Below, piece by piece: positions 44,877-57,009 of a stretch of 64,000 nt of DNA; the first letter of the stretch is position 1; the number at the start of each line of letters is the position of its first letter. Both the position numbers and the translations under genes were made by a program. Source of the DNA: Octopus sinensis (taxonomy: Eukaryota); the NCBI RefSeq assembly GCF_006345805.1, contig NC_043002.1:64480001-64544000 (forward strand), read 5' to 3'. The notes under the pieces were generated by a model. The model saw only the letters and a program-made list of their open reading frames with translations, searched no databases and was not told the DNA's origin.

Positions 44877-45519
44877 AGCAACAAACGAAATTGCTATTAC
44901 CTGTATAATTTAAGGGCATTTTGAAGACTTTGGAATGTTTTGTTGCATCTAAGGAGTCCTCTGATCTCATGGCTAGGTTTTTAATTTCGAATCCCAGTCC
45001 AAGCAGAGCATTGAATGTATAAACAAAACTTTATAATTGCATCTTGCTTCAGTCCTCTCATCTGTGAATGAATAATCCTGCGATGTTTTGGCTTCCCGTT
45101 CTGGAGAATGTTTTCATCTTCATCACTTGGATAACATGCAAATTGAGTAAACGGACCTACGAGTACCAGAACTTTAGACAGTAATACTCGCGATTACTTA
45201 ATTTTGATGATCGGTGAAAATTTTACTACGTTTAACAGTTTATACGTAAAATATTGAAAATTCCTTTTGGATAACTTGTTCAAGAAAACAGAAGTAGTAA
45301 TGTGGAGTAAAGAAGTCGAATTGATAGACTTGAAATCAAAATATCAAAATATCAAAATTTAGTTCTAGTTTGAGGAGAAGCGGGAGCAGGAGCCACCCGG
45401 TTCCGACGATCGATTTGCACGTCAACAGTCACTAACATCATGTTATCTTCAAGAAAATATATCACGTGTGTATATCTGTGAGGCTGCGCGTATGTATGTA
45501 AACATATACATAATCGAGC

Positions 45520-45665
45520 TGGAGGAATTGTTTGCACGCCAAAATCTATAGCGGCATTTCGTCCGTCTTTACGGCCCGAGGTGAAATTCTGCCGAGGTCG
45601 ACTTTACCTTTTATGCTTTCAGAGTCGATAAAATAAGTACCGGTTGAGAGCCTTGTACCCAAATT
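45520..45665 (+). mobile_element. SINE family B fragment
   Basis: gcggcatttcgtccgtctttacg..aaattctgccgaggtcgacttt..gtcgataaaataagtacc. Confidence 0.8.
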
Positions 45666-45957
45666 TGAAACCGATATTATCAACCTTCATACATGCAAGC
45701 ATGCATACATATATTTGTGTGTATGTACATATATTTATGTGTATGTGTATACATTCATACATTTATATATATCTACATATATATACATCTATACATGCAC
45801 ATATACATCTATGTACATATACATTCACACATAGATGCAAGTAAGTACGCATCATATGTATGTATACATAGATAGATGTTTGCATGTGTATGTATATACA
45901 TACACGCACACACACATAAACGCTTTGGAATGAGGTATGTGTAAGATTACTTGTTAC

Positions 45958-46021
45958 CGAATGTACTCAATAGAAGAAGAGAACATAATTAAGCGGTATA
46001 CATAATAGAAGGCTGTTATGC
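45958..46021 (-). CDS. Candidate exon (64 bp, hydrophobic frame GITAFYYVYRLIMFSSSIEYIR)
   Basis: Acceptor ctctttcacatgtgcag, donor CG|GTAACA, only one open frame. It is phase-compatible with a possible terminal exon at 45352-45475. Confidence 0.25.
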
Positions 46022-46118
46022 CTGCACATGTGAAAGAGTGAACACAAGCGTATGTATATATATGCATCTGTCTCTCATTCTCTGTCTCTGTCTGTCTGCC
46101 TTTCTCTCTCTCTCTCTC

Positions 46119-46164
<46 letters not shown>

Positions 46165-46539
46165 GCAATGAATTTGTGCGTCAGTATATTATATCTACCA
46201 ATGCAATAGATGGCTGATAGACAGTAATTAAAGTGAAACAAGTTGTAGCTGTGAATCTGTGTACTTCTTTACACTTGTGCATTTGAAAGTTGTTATATAC
46301 GCCTCTGTATTGCACTGTAAATATGTGTATCTGTACAGACAAGTTTGTGCACATAAAGTTTGGAATTTCTATTGTTATTGACATTTGAAGTTTCAAGTAA
46401 TATAAGGAAAAAATATAGCTGCATGAACCTAAATTTTTCTGGAGCACTCAACAAGCAGTAGTGCCTGGACGCATTTGTTTATTAAGATTCTGCCAAATTT
46501 TATACATATATACACGCATATTATGTATGTATATACGTA

Positions 46540-46555
46540 TATATATGTATGTATA

Positions 46556-46630
<75 letters not shown>

Positions 46631-46737
46631 ATATATACATACCTATATATATAATATATTATATATGTATATATATGTATATACATATATTTTTTTTATT
46701 ACTATATTTATGTATATATATATGTATAAAATAGATA

Positions 46738-46774
<37 letters not shown>

Positions 46775-46921
46775 GTACATATATGTTTCATCAATATATA
46801 TATATATCCATGTACATATCTATATATATGTATGTAATAAATGTATATAATATACACATATATCTACACACATATATATATAGTTATTTATATGTTATAT
46901 GTACATATGTATATATATATA

Positions 46922-46995
<74 letters not shown>

Positions 46996-47037
46996 GTATA
47001 TATATATATATATAATATATTATATATATATATATAG

Positions 47038-47069
<32 letters not shown>

Positions 47070-47070
47070 A
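46540..47070. repeat. Long interrupted (TA)n compound microsatellite, representative of dozens in the window
   Basis: Directly visible. Confidence 0.95.
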
Positions 47071-47603
47071 ACACACAAAAAAAAACGCATTACCGCATGC
47101 TGAAACATGCACAGACGCATTCGCTTATACGCATATATACGCACCATTCATATTTTAAATGTTTCTTTCCAAAACACGTTGATATTTAATTAAATTATAC
47201 AACATTCTCTAAGTGCTATTTCTATCATGATAAAGAATGTGTTATCACAACTTCCATATATCCTATGTATGTTTTTATATCCAGGTATATCTATACGCAT
47301 CTCTGGTTGTACGAGCGTGTTTTTAAATCTGTTCTCGATGTAATTTTCCATATTCATAATATACACGTAACACACATGCACACACACACACACACAGATA
47401 TACACACGCCTGCACACGAGCGCAGATATATTAAGCCGTGTGACTATATATTTGCATCAATATGCATTTCATGTTTGTGTGCGCGCGCGGTTGTGCTTAT
47501 ACATACATGTTTTATATAAACATACAAATATATCTAGGAGTAAGTACATATTATGTATAAATATATGTGTGTTGTTGTATATGTGCACACACACACACAC
47601 ACC

Positions 47604-47635
<32 letters not shown>

Positions 47636-47636
47636 T

Positions 47637-47667
<31 letters not shown>

Positions 47668-48234
47668 AACAGAGACGTAGATATACTGCTGTATACATAT
47701 CAACCTATATAAATGATCAGATTGAGAATATCAGTTAGTTACTGATGTATGTGTGTGTGCATTTCTCTGTTTATTATTATTCGCATATGTATAAAATAAT
47801 ATGTAAATGGACAGCCACACACGTACACATACATACAAACACACATATATGTATATATTCATGCGTGTACGTGAGCGTTAGAGCGTTTGTTTCTGCATAT
47901 AACTATATTACGTTAAAGAAATCTCAATAGTAATATGCAGTATCTGATATGTTTATTAAAGAAATCTATCGTTCAGTACTTACAGCTATTACATTAATAT
48001 TCTGTCTCATCACTGTGGTGATTTAGATCTGCGTTATGCTTGGGTATTTTCTTTTTTTCCGAAATCTTACTTATATATTACTCTACTTTCACCGGTATCT
48101 GCGCAAATGTTGAATGTGATTGTTTCTCTAGTATGTTTAATGGTGCATTCACATTTATGCAATTGGTTTTAGACACTTATTTTCACGTTCACATGTCATA
48201 ACAGCCTATATGGCTTGTACGAAATTTATTCTTT

Positions 48235-48605
48235 GGAGGTGTAGTAATCACGGACCAGAAAATAAGACAAATATTTGGAGGAAACTTGATGGGGTTGGAC
48301 CAGGCATCGGTATACCAGCTCCCGGTCAGTATGTGTATTCTAGGTTAAGAAACGGGTACTGCTATATCCAGCCAAAGACCTGAGTAGGGATTGGTGAGTG
48401 ATTTCAAGAAGTGTCTCCAACATTTTCTGCCCAATATCCCAGATGAACCTACATCACAGCAAGAATCTCAAAAGAAGGTAGCAATAACAAACTTCCTCCA
48501 TTACCAAAAGCCCACCGCTTTATAATGGCCGCTGTAAAGGTACTGATATTGGCGGTACTAAACCATGGCCAGAGAATCTGGTCTAAAACGCATAAATAAA
48601 AGAAC
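48235..48605 (+). mobile_element. CR1-like LINE 3' end, degenerate
   Basis: FLPNIPDEPTSQQ.. followed by the tail ggcggtactaaaccatggcc..aaataaaaga. Confidence 0.6.
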
Positions 48606-48609
48606 AGTA

Positions 48610-48930
48610 GTCTTGTTTACTTATTATTAAGGCCGGGTTCCTAATATACCCAGTAGCCACAAAATCCATCGGCCACACTTCTCGGTCCATCATCACTGAT
48701 CTGAGGTCTTGGATAATTCCAGGCCAGTGTCTGGAATCAAGATTTTTATGGAAGTGTGATGACGTTTTCTTCTTCTTACATCACCATAATGTGGGTTCCA
48801 TAAGACTAATTTAGATGCTTTCAGTTCATGGTGGCCCTCCAAGTGACCAACTTTTTCTAAATAATTCCATAATAGACCTTTTACAATCTGGACGGAACTC
48901 TGACCAAACAAAAATTACAGCTGTTAAAAT
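48610..48930 (-). mobile_element. RTE-like LINE 3' fragment
   Basis: GHHELKASKLVLWNPHYGDVRRRKRHHTSIKILIPDTGLE followed by MMDREVW. Confidence 0.65.
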
Positions 48931-49289
48931 TATTCAATAACTGTATTACTATTGTTTAACTTATTCTACAAATAGTTTTGTGTGCGTGCCTGCCTTTTGT
49001 ATGTGTTTGTGTGTGTGCATGCCTGCCTTTTGTATGTGTTTGTGTGTGTGCATATGTGTGTATGTGTGCGTGTTTGTGGGTGTGTGCGTGAGTGTGATAT
49101 CATTTTCAATGCTCAGCAGTATTTTACTGAGAGGTTTCATCCAGCGCCATATACTTCTGCATAGAATAATATTTAGGTTTATGTCGCTAAGCTTCTTTCA
49201 TTCTAGACAATTTTCACACATCAAGAAAGTATGTTCTTTGTTATTATTACTAAGTCTTCTTAACAATGATGTTTTTTTAGTCTCATTAC

Positions 49290-49406
49290 AAAGACATCAT
49301 TTGCTTCTCTATATCTCTTTTCTTTTCTTTTAATTCCTTCAATTCGCTTTCGAAAATCGTTTATTTTACTTATATCGTAATCAGATTCTTCCTGAGCTGT
49401 AGAAAC
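49290..49406 (-). CDS. Candidate exon (117 bp, phase 0-0, charged or coiled-coil-like)
   Basis: Very strong acceptor ttttcttttcag, single open frame VSTAQEESDYDISKINDFRKRIEGIKRKEKRYREANDVF, weak donor TTT|GTAATG. Confidence 0.3.
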
Positions 49407-49521
49407 CTGAAAAGAAAATGCGCTTTCTGTGTGGATTTAATCGTAAGTTTTGGAGTATCTCACTTGATAATGCAACGGTTTGGTCAATACCTTAAACATT
49501 TATTACTATTTTGTTTCATAG

Positions 49522-49602
49522 CAAGAAGAAGAACATCGGGGAAAAATAGCACACCTATCAAAGAAAGCCATTAGTTTTAGTAGGCGCACAAGATTCTTCT
49601 AT
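49522..49602 (+). CDS. Candidate exon (81 bp, phase 0-0)
   Basis: Acceptor ttttgtttcatag, donor TAT|GTAAGT, single open frame QEEEHRGKIAHLSKKAISFSRRTRFFY. Confidence 0.25.
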
Positions 49603-50402
49603 GTAAGTGAAAATTTTCTTCAGCATAAGGATCCCGACTCTATTGGCCTGCAAGTCACTTAAAATTGTTAATTTGATACGGGATAGAGCAAAGTGCTACA
49701 TATAACGTGTTTTTCAACGCATATCTCACGCGTCATTGATTGCACTTCATATCCTTCTCCTTCTCGTTAAATATGGGTGTGAGTAAATCATTCTGAGTAA
49801 AATACTCTACGAATGACGCTTTGTATCAGCTAGCTGCAGTATATATTCTGATGTCTACTCTAATTTCTAGTTGATATGTTACCTGTTCCGACACACGAGG
49901 CATTTAATATTTTAAGAAAGACCGAACAAAAATTTATCAAACGGCAAATTGGACGTAGGCTGTGGTAGCATGTCGATCTAATCATTGTGAACCATTCTGT
50001 TATAAAGTGAAACGTTATGTTTGTACTGATTTCAAGTGCAGCCAAGGAGCGAGCATGAAAATAATGTGTTGGGCGTAAACTAGGTTTCGGCAACAGTTAA
50101 GATAGATCTCAACAATATGCAGCTGTACGCTGATTTAAACTTACTGTATGTATGTGTAAATCTCTTATGCAGCTTAGTTCAACATTGTCCATTAGAATCA
50201 GGAAACCAATATAAGTTACTTTGTATTAGTAACGATAAATCCTAAACTGTACATTGATATGCAGTTTTCTATTCGCTAACTGTCAATATCTTACCGCTAT
50301 AACGACTACTAACGCCAATAACATCATACTGCCATCAAGACAAACACACATATATGTATATGTGTATATGTACATATATATATATATGTGTGTGTGTGTA
50401 TT

Positions 50403-50433
<31 letters not shown>

Positions 50434-50798
50434 TATATGTATATATATCAATATATATATATATACTCACACACACAATATCAATATTGGTTTATCTGGT
50501 AAACTTCTGTCCGGTTAATTTTCATATAAAAACAATCTTCTGCCGTGCAAATCATTGATGCAAAGTAAGAGCATCTTAACTTCTACAGCTCATTGCTGTG
50601 AGCAGAATCGACAAAACTATAGATTTTGAAATATTTTGATTTTTTTTTCTCTTTTGTTCATGTATTGCTGCTTGTTATTTAATCAAACGTAGACAAAATA
50701 ACATCAGTTTTTTTGGTAAAGATATATAAGCGAAGAAATTGACCACAGAACAGTAATTTTATTTTACAGCGCAATATGCGTTTATAGTTTTCCTGTAG

Positions 50799-50928
50799 GC
50801 TAAGTACTGGTTTACTGCTTTTACGATCTCGACATTCACTAGAGGAATTCTGTTCAAGTTATTTCTTTTTGAAAGCTCGAATATCAACTCTGAATCGTTT
50901 TCTCGCCAATGATTATATTTTTAACCAG
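50799..50928 (+). CDS. Candidate exon (130 bp, phase 2-0), gene unknown
   Basis: Acceptor gttttcctgtag, consensus donor CAG|GTGAGT, single open frame LSTGLLLLRSRHSLEEFCSSYFFLKARISTLNRFLANDYIFNQ. Confidence 0.42.
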
Positions 50929-51038
50929 GTGAGTGGCGCAGTTACACGGCTACGTAATTCTAAATATACACGTATATATATTTATAAATGTATATATATA
51001 TACATACACACCCACACACACATATATATATATATACG

Positions 51039-51111
<73 letters not shown>

Positions 51112-52562
51112 GCATATATGTGTATCTAAAGATAAATATCACGTGAATGATTTTTATCAGGTAGTCAGCATGCTAAAAAGATTATAGGCAATTTATACAT
51201 TAAATTAATAATAGTATATATATGTATATAATTTTAGTCAGGAAGCAAGGGCGAAAACGCCCGTACAAAGCAGTATGTACAGTTATTTGGACTTATATTT
51301 CCCCGTGTATTGTGTTGACGAAAGAAGAAAACATAAATTTGGTTTAATCAAGAAATTGGGACCAATTCACAATTAAAGCGAGGTCGTTTCAATATTCTTC
51401 CACTATAATTAAATATATATATATATATATATAAAAGCTTTTATAGATCGTCTGAAATGGCATTAAACGCGCGTCAGATGTACAAAACACATGTCTGATG
51501 TACAAGAAAAACTGTTCAAGTCTACTGCGGAGACGAATTAATCATACAGTTATAAATTCAAATTTGGCTCCCGCTTCACTACTACAAATGTTATTGACCT
51601 CGAAATGGATGCAAAATTTGAAACGAATCGTAAATGAAAGTTAAATATATCGTGTAGATTACGCTTCTGGCAATTAGATTATTCTTTCAGTTGTATTTAT
51701 ATTTAACGTGTCAACTATGAGCGTATATATTATTCCAGTAGAAACTAAGAATCAAAATGTGCGGTTTTTTTAATACTCATAATATTAATAATATTAATAG
51801 AATATAGCGGAGAATGGAAATGGTTCTGCGACATTATCTCGTTCGGCATGTAAGTCAAACTTCGGCAGAAGAATCTTCAATAATAGTCATATATGGCTAT
51901 AGTATATTTTGAAGGGAACTTCAAGAAGTAGTATTTTGTAAAATTGGCACGTAAGAGCAGATGTGACTTTGGGCGTAGATTTTTTTATGTTCATTCCTAC
52001 TACGTGAAACTCAGCGCATGTGCCCTCTACGATATCCCTAACAGAGAAGAGAGAAGGTGTGTAGGAGCAAAGTGACTTTGACAAGCATCTGAGCGCGTGG
52101 GAGTGTGCGTGTTGATGGGCGTTGGGGTACGACAAGGGGATCGGTTGATCTAATCGACTGAGTCCCTCTCCAGAAATTTCGGCTCTTGTGCCTAGAGTAG
52201 AAAAGAATTGCATAAACAGTTTTGATAATAAGTGAAAAAATATGTAATGCGTAATACAACGAATCAGTTGTGATGCAAACTTCGAGATTTCAGGTGTAAG
52301 ATTTCAAAAATTGCGGCAACGATCTTCAGTACATAAGTAAAAAGTTCACACATTATTTATGTATGGAATATGAATTTTGTACGCATACAGATTAATGTAT
52401 ATAAAAAAGAAAATCCTTTCTGACATTACTTTGACTGACACATCCTTTCATATACACAGACTAGCACTTAAACATAGATATATATATTTGCACATATATA
52501 TATATGTGTATACATATAGTATATATTAATATATATGTATATATGAATATACATATATATAT

Positions 52563-52860
52563 ATGAAGGCACATGGCCTAGTGGTTAGAACAGTAGGACT
52601 CGTGGTCGAGGGATCGCGGGTTCGAATCTCAGAATGGATGATGCGTGTGTTTATGAACGATACACATAAGCTACACGCGGCACCGACAGAAGGTAATGGC
52701 GAAGTTCTGCTATTTCGCCACATTCTCTCACTCGTTCCTCTTGCATCTTGCAGCTCACCTGCGACGGACCGGCCCCCCGTCCAGGTGGGGAACCTAAACG
52801 CCAAGGAAACCAGGAAACCGGCCCTGTGAGCCAAGCGTGGCTCGAGAAAGAACAAACAAC
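52563..52860 (+). mobile_element. tRNA-derived SINE with a family C-like head and a V-domain-like 3' part
   Basis: A box tggcctagtggttag, B box ggttcgaatct, cctgcgacggaccggc..ccgtccagg, and (aac)-type tail. Confidence 0.85.
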
Positions 52861-52977
52861 AGCAATATACATATATAAACACATTGTGTATAATATTAAT
52901 ATAGATTTTATGTTATATTTAGAAAAAAATAGTTACGCGCGCGCGCACACACACACATACACATATATATACATATT

Positions 52978-53062
<85 letters not shown>

Positions 53063-53553
53063 TACGTATATTTGTGTTCGTATATATATATTATTTATAT
53101 ACGCGCTTAAGTACACAGGGCACTGTTTAGGTAAGTACATAAAAAATACACACCGGCATATGCATTTAAGTATATATATATATATGTATGTGTGTGTGTG
53201 CGTGCGTACGTGTGTGTATACACATAAAAACTTACAATTATTCTGTTGTCAACTAAAAAAAAAATTGATGGCTGACAAGTATAAAACTCAATAATTCTAA
53301 ACTCGGGTCAAAAGATTTTCAGTTAATATATCAATAACCTATCAATATCGAAAGAGCATATATAACGATATATAACAATGTACAACAATAAATATACATG
53401 AACAGCAATAATTTATAGATTATCAGTAAAAAAGCCTGATATCTGAATTGACTGTGTTTCCAATGGTTGAAATCATTATAATTTATTATTACCCTATGTA
53501 TTATGTTTATATATATATATATTTATACATATATACATATATATGTGCGTATA

Positions 53554-53590
<37 letters not shown>

Positions 53591-53757
53591 GTGTGTGACT
53601 AAATATCTATCATACAAATGAATGCATACGGGTGTACATTACGCTTGTGTCTGCGTATATATGTGTGTGTGTGAGTGTGCGTGTATATATGTATATTATA
53701 TATAATGTATATATGCATGTATGTATGTGTGGTGTGTATTGTGAATATGAGATGAAC

Positions 53758-53799
<42 letters not shown>

Positions 53800-53849
53800 C
53801 ACATGTATGTTTTATGTATGTATATATGTAAGGAAATATATATATATAT

Positions 53850-53996
53850 AGGTGCAGGAGTGGCTGTGTGGTAAGTTGCTTGCTTACCAACCACATGGTT
53901 CCAGCTTACAAAGAATATGTCCTGGGGTCGATTTGCAAAACTAAAAGCGGTGCTCCGGCATGGCCGCAATCAAATGGCTAAGCAAGTAAAAGAATA
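53850..53996 (+). mobile_element. Core-deleted SINE family A derivative
   Basis: Head joined directly to tail at ggttcc|agcttacaaag (53902/53903). Confidence 0.88.
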
Positions 53997-54163
53997 TGTT
54001 TATATATATGTATATTATATATATATATATATATACATAATATATATACATATATATATATATATACATATAATATATACATATATATGTATATATATAA
54101 TATATACATATATATGTATATATTATATATATATATATAATATATAGATAGATAGATAGATAT

Positions 54164-54202
<39 letters not shown>

Positions 54203-54206
54203 CAGT

Positions 54207-54827
54207 AAGAGGCTTCCAAATAGGAAAGCGTTGTGCTAGAAAGAGCAGTAGAAATTTCAAAAAACCACAAAAGTAGGATAAATTCTCGAAAGGAATGAAA
54301 ATTAAAGACGTTTACCATCTCAACTATTTTTGTGCTAGGCCACTGGTAATAATAATTTATTATTAACCTGTGTATTATGTTTAAATACTGTTTGATAAAT
54401 TTGTCCGAAAGTTTTACCGGCATCCTCTCTGTCGCCGGGTATAATCTGCGTCTGCGCAGTGGTTTGAAAAGTTAGGATATACAAACCGTTAGTTCTACAT
54501 GTGGATCTGGCTATCTGTATGTCTGAAATCTAAAGGCTATCCCACTGATGAAAACTGGCCTTCAGCGAATACTTTTTTGCTGGAAATAGTTAGAAACCAT
54601 GGTCTGGGAAATAGTTGAGATGGTAAACGTTTTTAATTTTCATTCCTTTCGGGAATTTATACTTTTTTGTGGTTTTTGAGATTTCTACTGCTCTTTCTAG
54701 CACAACACTTTCCTATTTGGAAGCCTCTTGTATTTCTATATGAATAATATATAGTCTAATGACTAATTCGTTTTTTTGTGCTAAGCCACTGGAAATAATA
54801 ATTTATTATTACCCTATGTATTATTTT
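54207..54827 (+). mobile_element. Non-coding hammerhead-bearing element with terminal redundancy and an inverted 5' segment (retrozyme or non-autonomous Penelope-like)
   Basis: Inverted repeat 54207-54329 / 54609-54729, direct repeat 54330-54382 / 54776-54827, central hammerhead motif. Confidence 0.7.
54535..54614 (+). ncRNA. Type I hammerhead ribozyme, near canonical
   Basis: TCCCA(54540-44), CTGATGA(54545-51), long stem II, GAAA(54593-96), CCATGG, TC(54603-04), TGGGA(54605-09). GUC triplet; one A.A mismatch at the base of stem II. Confidence 0.75.
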
Positions 54828-54879
54828 GATATATATATATATATATTTATATATATATTTATACATATATACATATATA

Positions 54880-54966
<87 letters not shown>

Positions 54967-54967
<1 letters not shown>

Positions 54968-55205
54968 GGAAGCACAATGGCCCAGTGTTTAGGGCAGCGG
55001 ACTCGCGGTCGCAGGATCGCGGTTTCGATTCCGGCAGGGGGTGGTGATCCCTGCTGTACTCTTTCACACACTCTTCTCCCACTCTTTCTTCTGTTGGCCG
55101 GCTCGCTTAGCCATCGGGGTGGCGTCATTCGAAGGCTAAAACAATGCGAACGCATTGTGACCAGCGATGTGTAACAACATCTGATGGTCTAGCCGGTCAC
55201 GTGAT

Positions 55206-55213
<8 letters not shown>
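54967..55213 (+). mobile_element. SINE family C with internal deletion
   Basis: A box tggcccagtgtttag, B box gtttcgattcc, same tail as 39071-39357. Confidence 0.85.
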
Positions 55214-55249
<36 letters not shown>

Positions 55250-55269
55250 CACACACACACACACATATA

Positions 55270-55330
<61 letters not shown>

Positions 55331-55333
<3 letters not shown>

Positions 55334-55475
55334 TTTTACTTGTTTCAGTCATTTGATTGCGGCCATGCCGGAGCACCGCTTTAGTTTAGCAAATCGACCC
55401 CAGGACTTATTCTTTGTAAGCTGGAACCATGTGGTTGGTAAGCAAGCTACTTACCACACAGCCACTCCTGCGCCT
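55331..55475 (-). mobile_element. Core-deleted SINE family A derivative with the same junction as 53850-53996
   Basis: ctttgtaagct|ggaacc at 55422/55423. Confidence 0.88.
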
Positions 55476-55648
55476 ATATATATATATATATAATATATAT
55501 TATATATATATATAAGTTCCTTACATACATATCTCATTCACTCAATACACACACACACATACACACCACACATATATATATGTGTGTGTGTGTATCTATC
55601 TACCCATCCATGTATCTATCTATCTATCTATATACCTATCTATCTATC

Positions 55649-55697
<49 letters not shown>

Positions 55698-55830
55698 TTA
55701 CGTCGATTGATAGATGGTTACATACAGACATAAATGGATAAAAATGAAATATGTACATATACACAAATATATACACATCACAGACATACACAAAAACACA
55801 AACAAGCACATGCACACAGTGAACAATGCA

Positions 55831-55928
<98 letters not shown>

Positions 55929-56757
55929 TGAGAAAGTGAGAGAGTGAGAGAGATACATATATAGACAAGCGGGCAGTTGGATAGACAAAATATAGAATTG
56001 TAGATACTGAGGAAGATTGTGAATGCAAACGCACACGTACGTTCGTTACTGATATGGAAGAATTTATAAGAATTTATAGAATTTATATATGTTGAAAGAC
56101 GTATTATTTACTTTATTTATTTTGAAAGTCATCACTAAAATAGAAACTAGAATGATTTCACCATAAAACCTTAAAGATAAGTTCTGTGTACTTAGATGCA
56201 AAACAACATACACACATCTCAGCGTATATACACACATAGTCATAATTGCAGAAACACGCACAAAAGTTCATAAATGCAGAAATACGCACATACAGTTATA
56301 AATGCAAAAGCACTCACAATGTTCTACACTGGATTAGATGAGATATACATGCACATATATATATATAGATGACCTATATTTGCAGTTAACTAAGTACGCT
56401 TGTAATTATGCTATGTATATATAAAAGAATTATCGCACACGCATTCCAAAACTCCATCTGCACACGCACTTGAATAAGCCATCACACACTCATTCCGACT
56501 CATATAAGTTTGCATTAAGTTAACAAGGTCTAGTATGCGTATGGTGCTTATATGAGTATGAGTTTACCCTCTTCAGGTACACAATCTCAGGCAAATGTAC
56601 ATCAATGAAGAAACTCTTAAATATACACTTAAGTGTACATGTCCATGTATGCCTATGTACGTGCGAGCATACATATATTATATGTGTGTGTGTATAAGCA
56701 TGTATATATATATATATATTATATATATTATATTATATTATATATATATATATATTA

Positions 56758-56794
<37 letters not shown>

Positions 56795-56965
56795 ACGTTA
56801 TTGTGCCTCGGGAGTCATTCTCTTTTAGCGATTTTTATTTAACACTCACCACTTCGATTACAGCTCGTTTTCTCTAAAACTTTCGTTGCGACTTATAACC
56901 TTTTTTCAATAGCCATTGGCATTCTCTATTTCTCTCTCTTTTACTCTCTCTCTCTCTCCCCTTTC

Positions 56966-56996
<31 letters not shown>

Positions 56997-57009
56997 CATA
57001 CACATGTTG

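Noticed and set aside
52563-52640. tRNA gene (also 18955, 39071, 54967)
   Set aside because: A and B boxes are present but there is no complete cloverleaf; these continue into SINE bodies.
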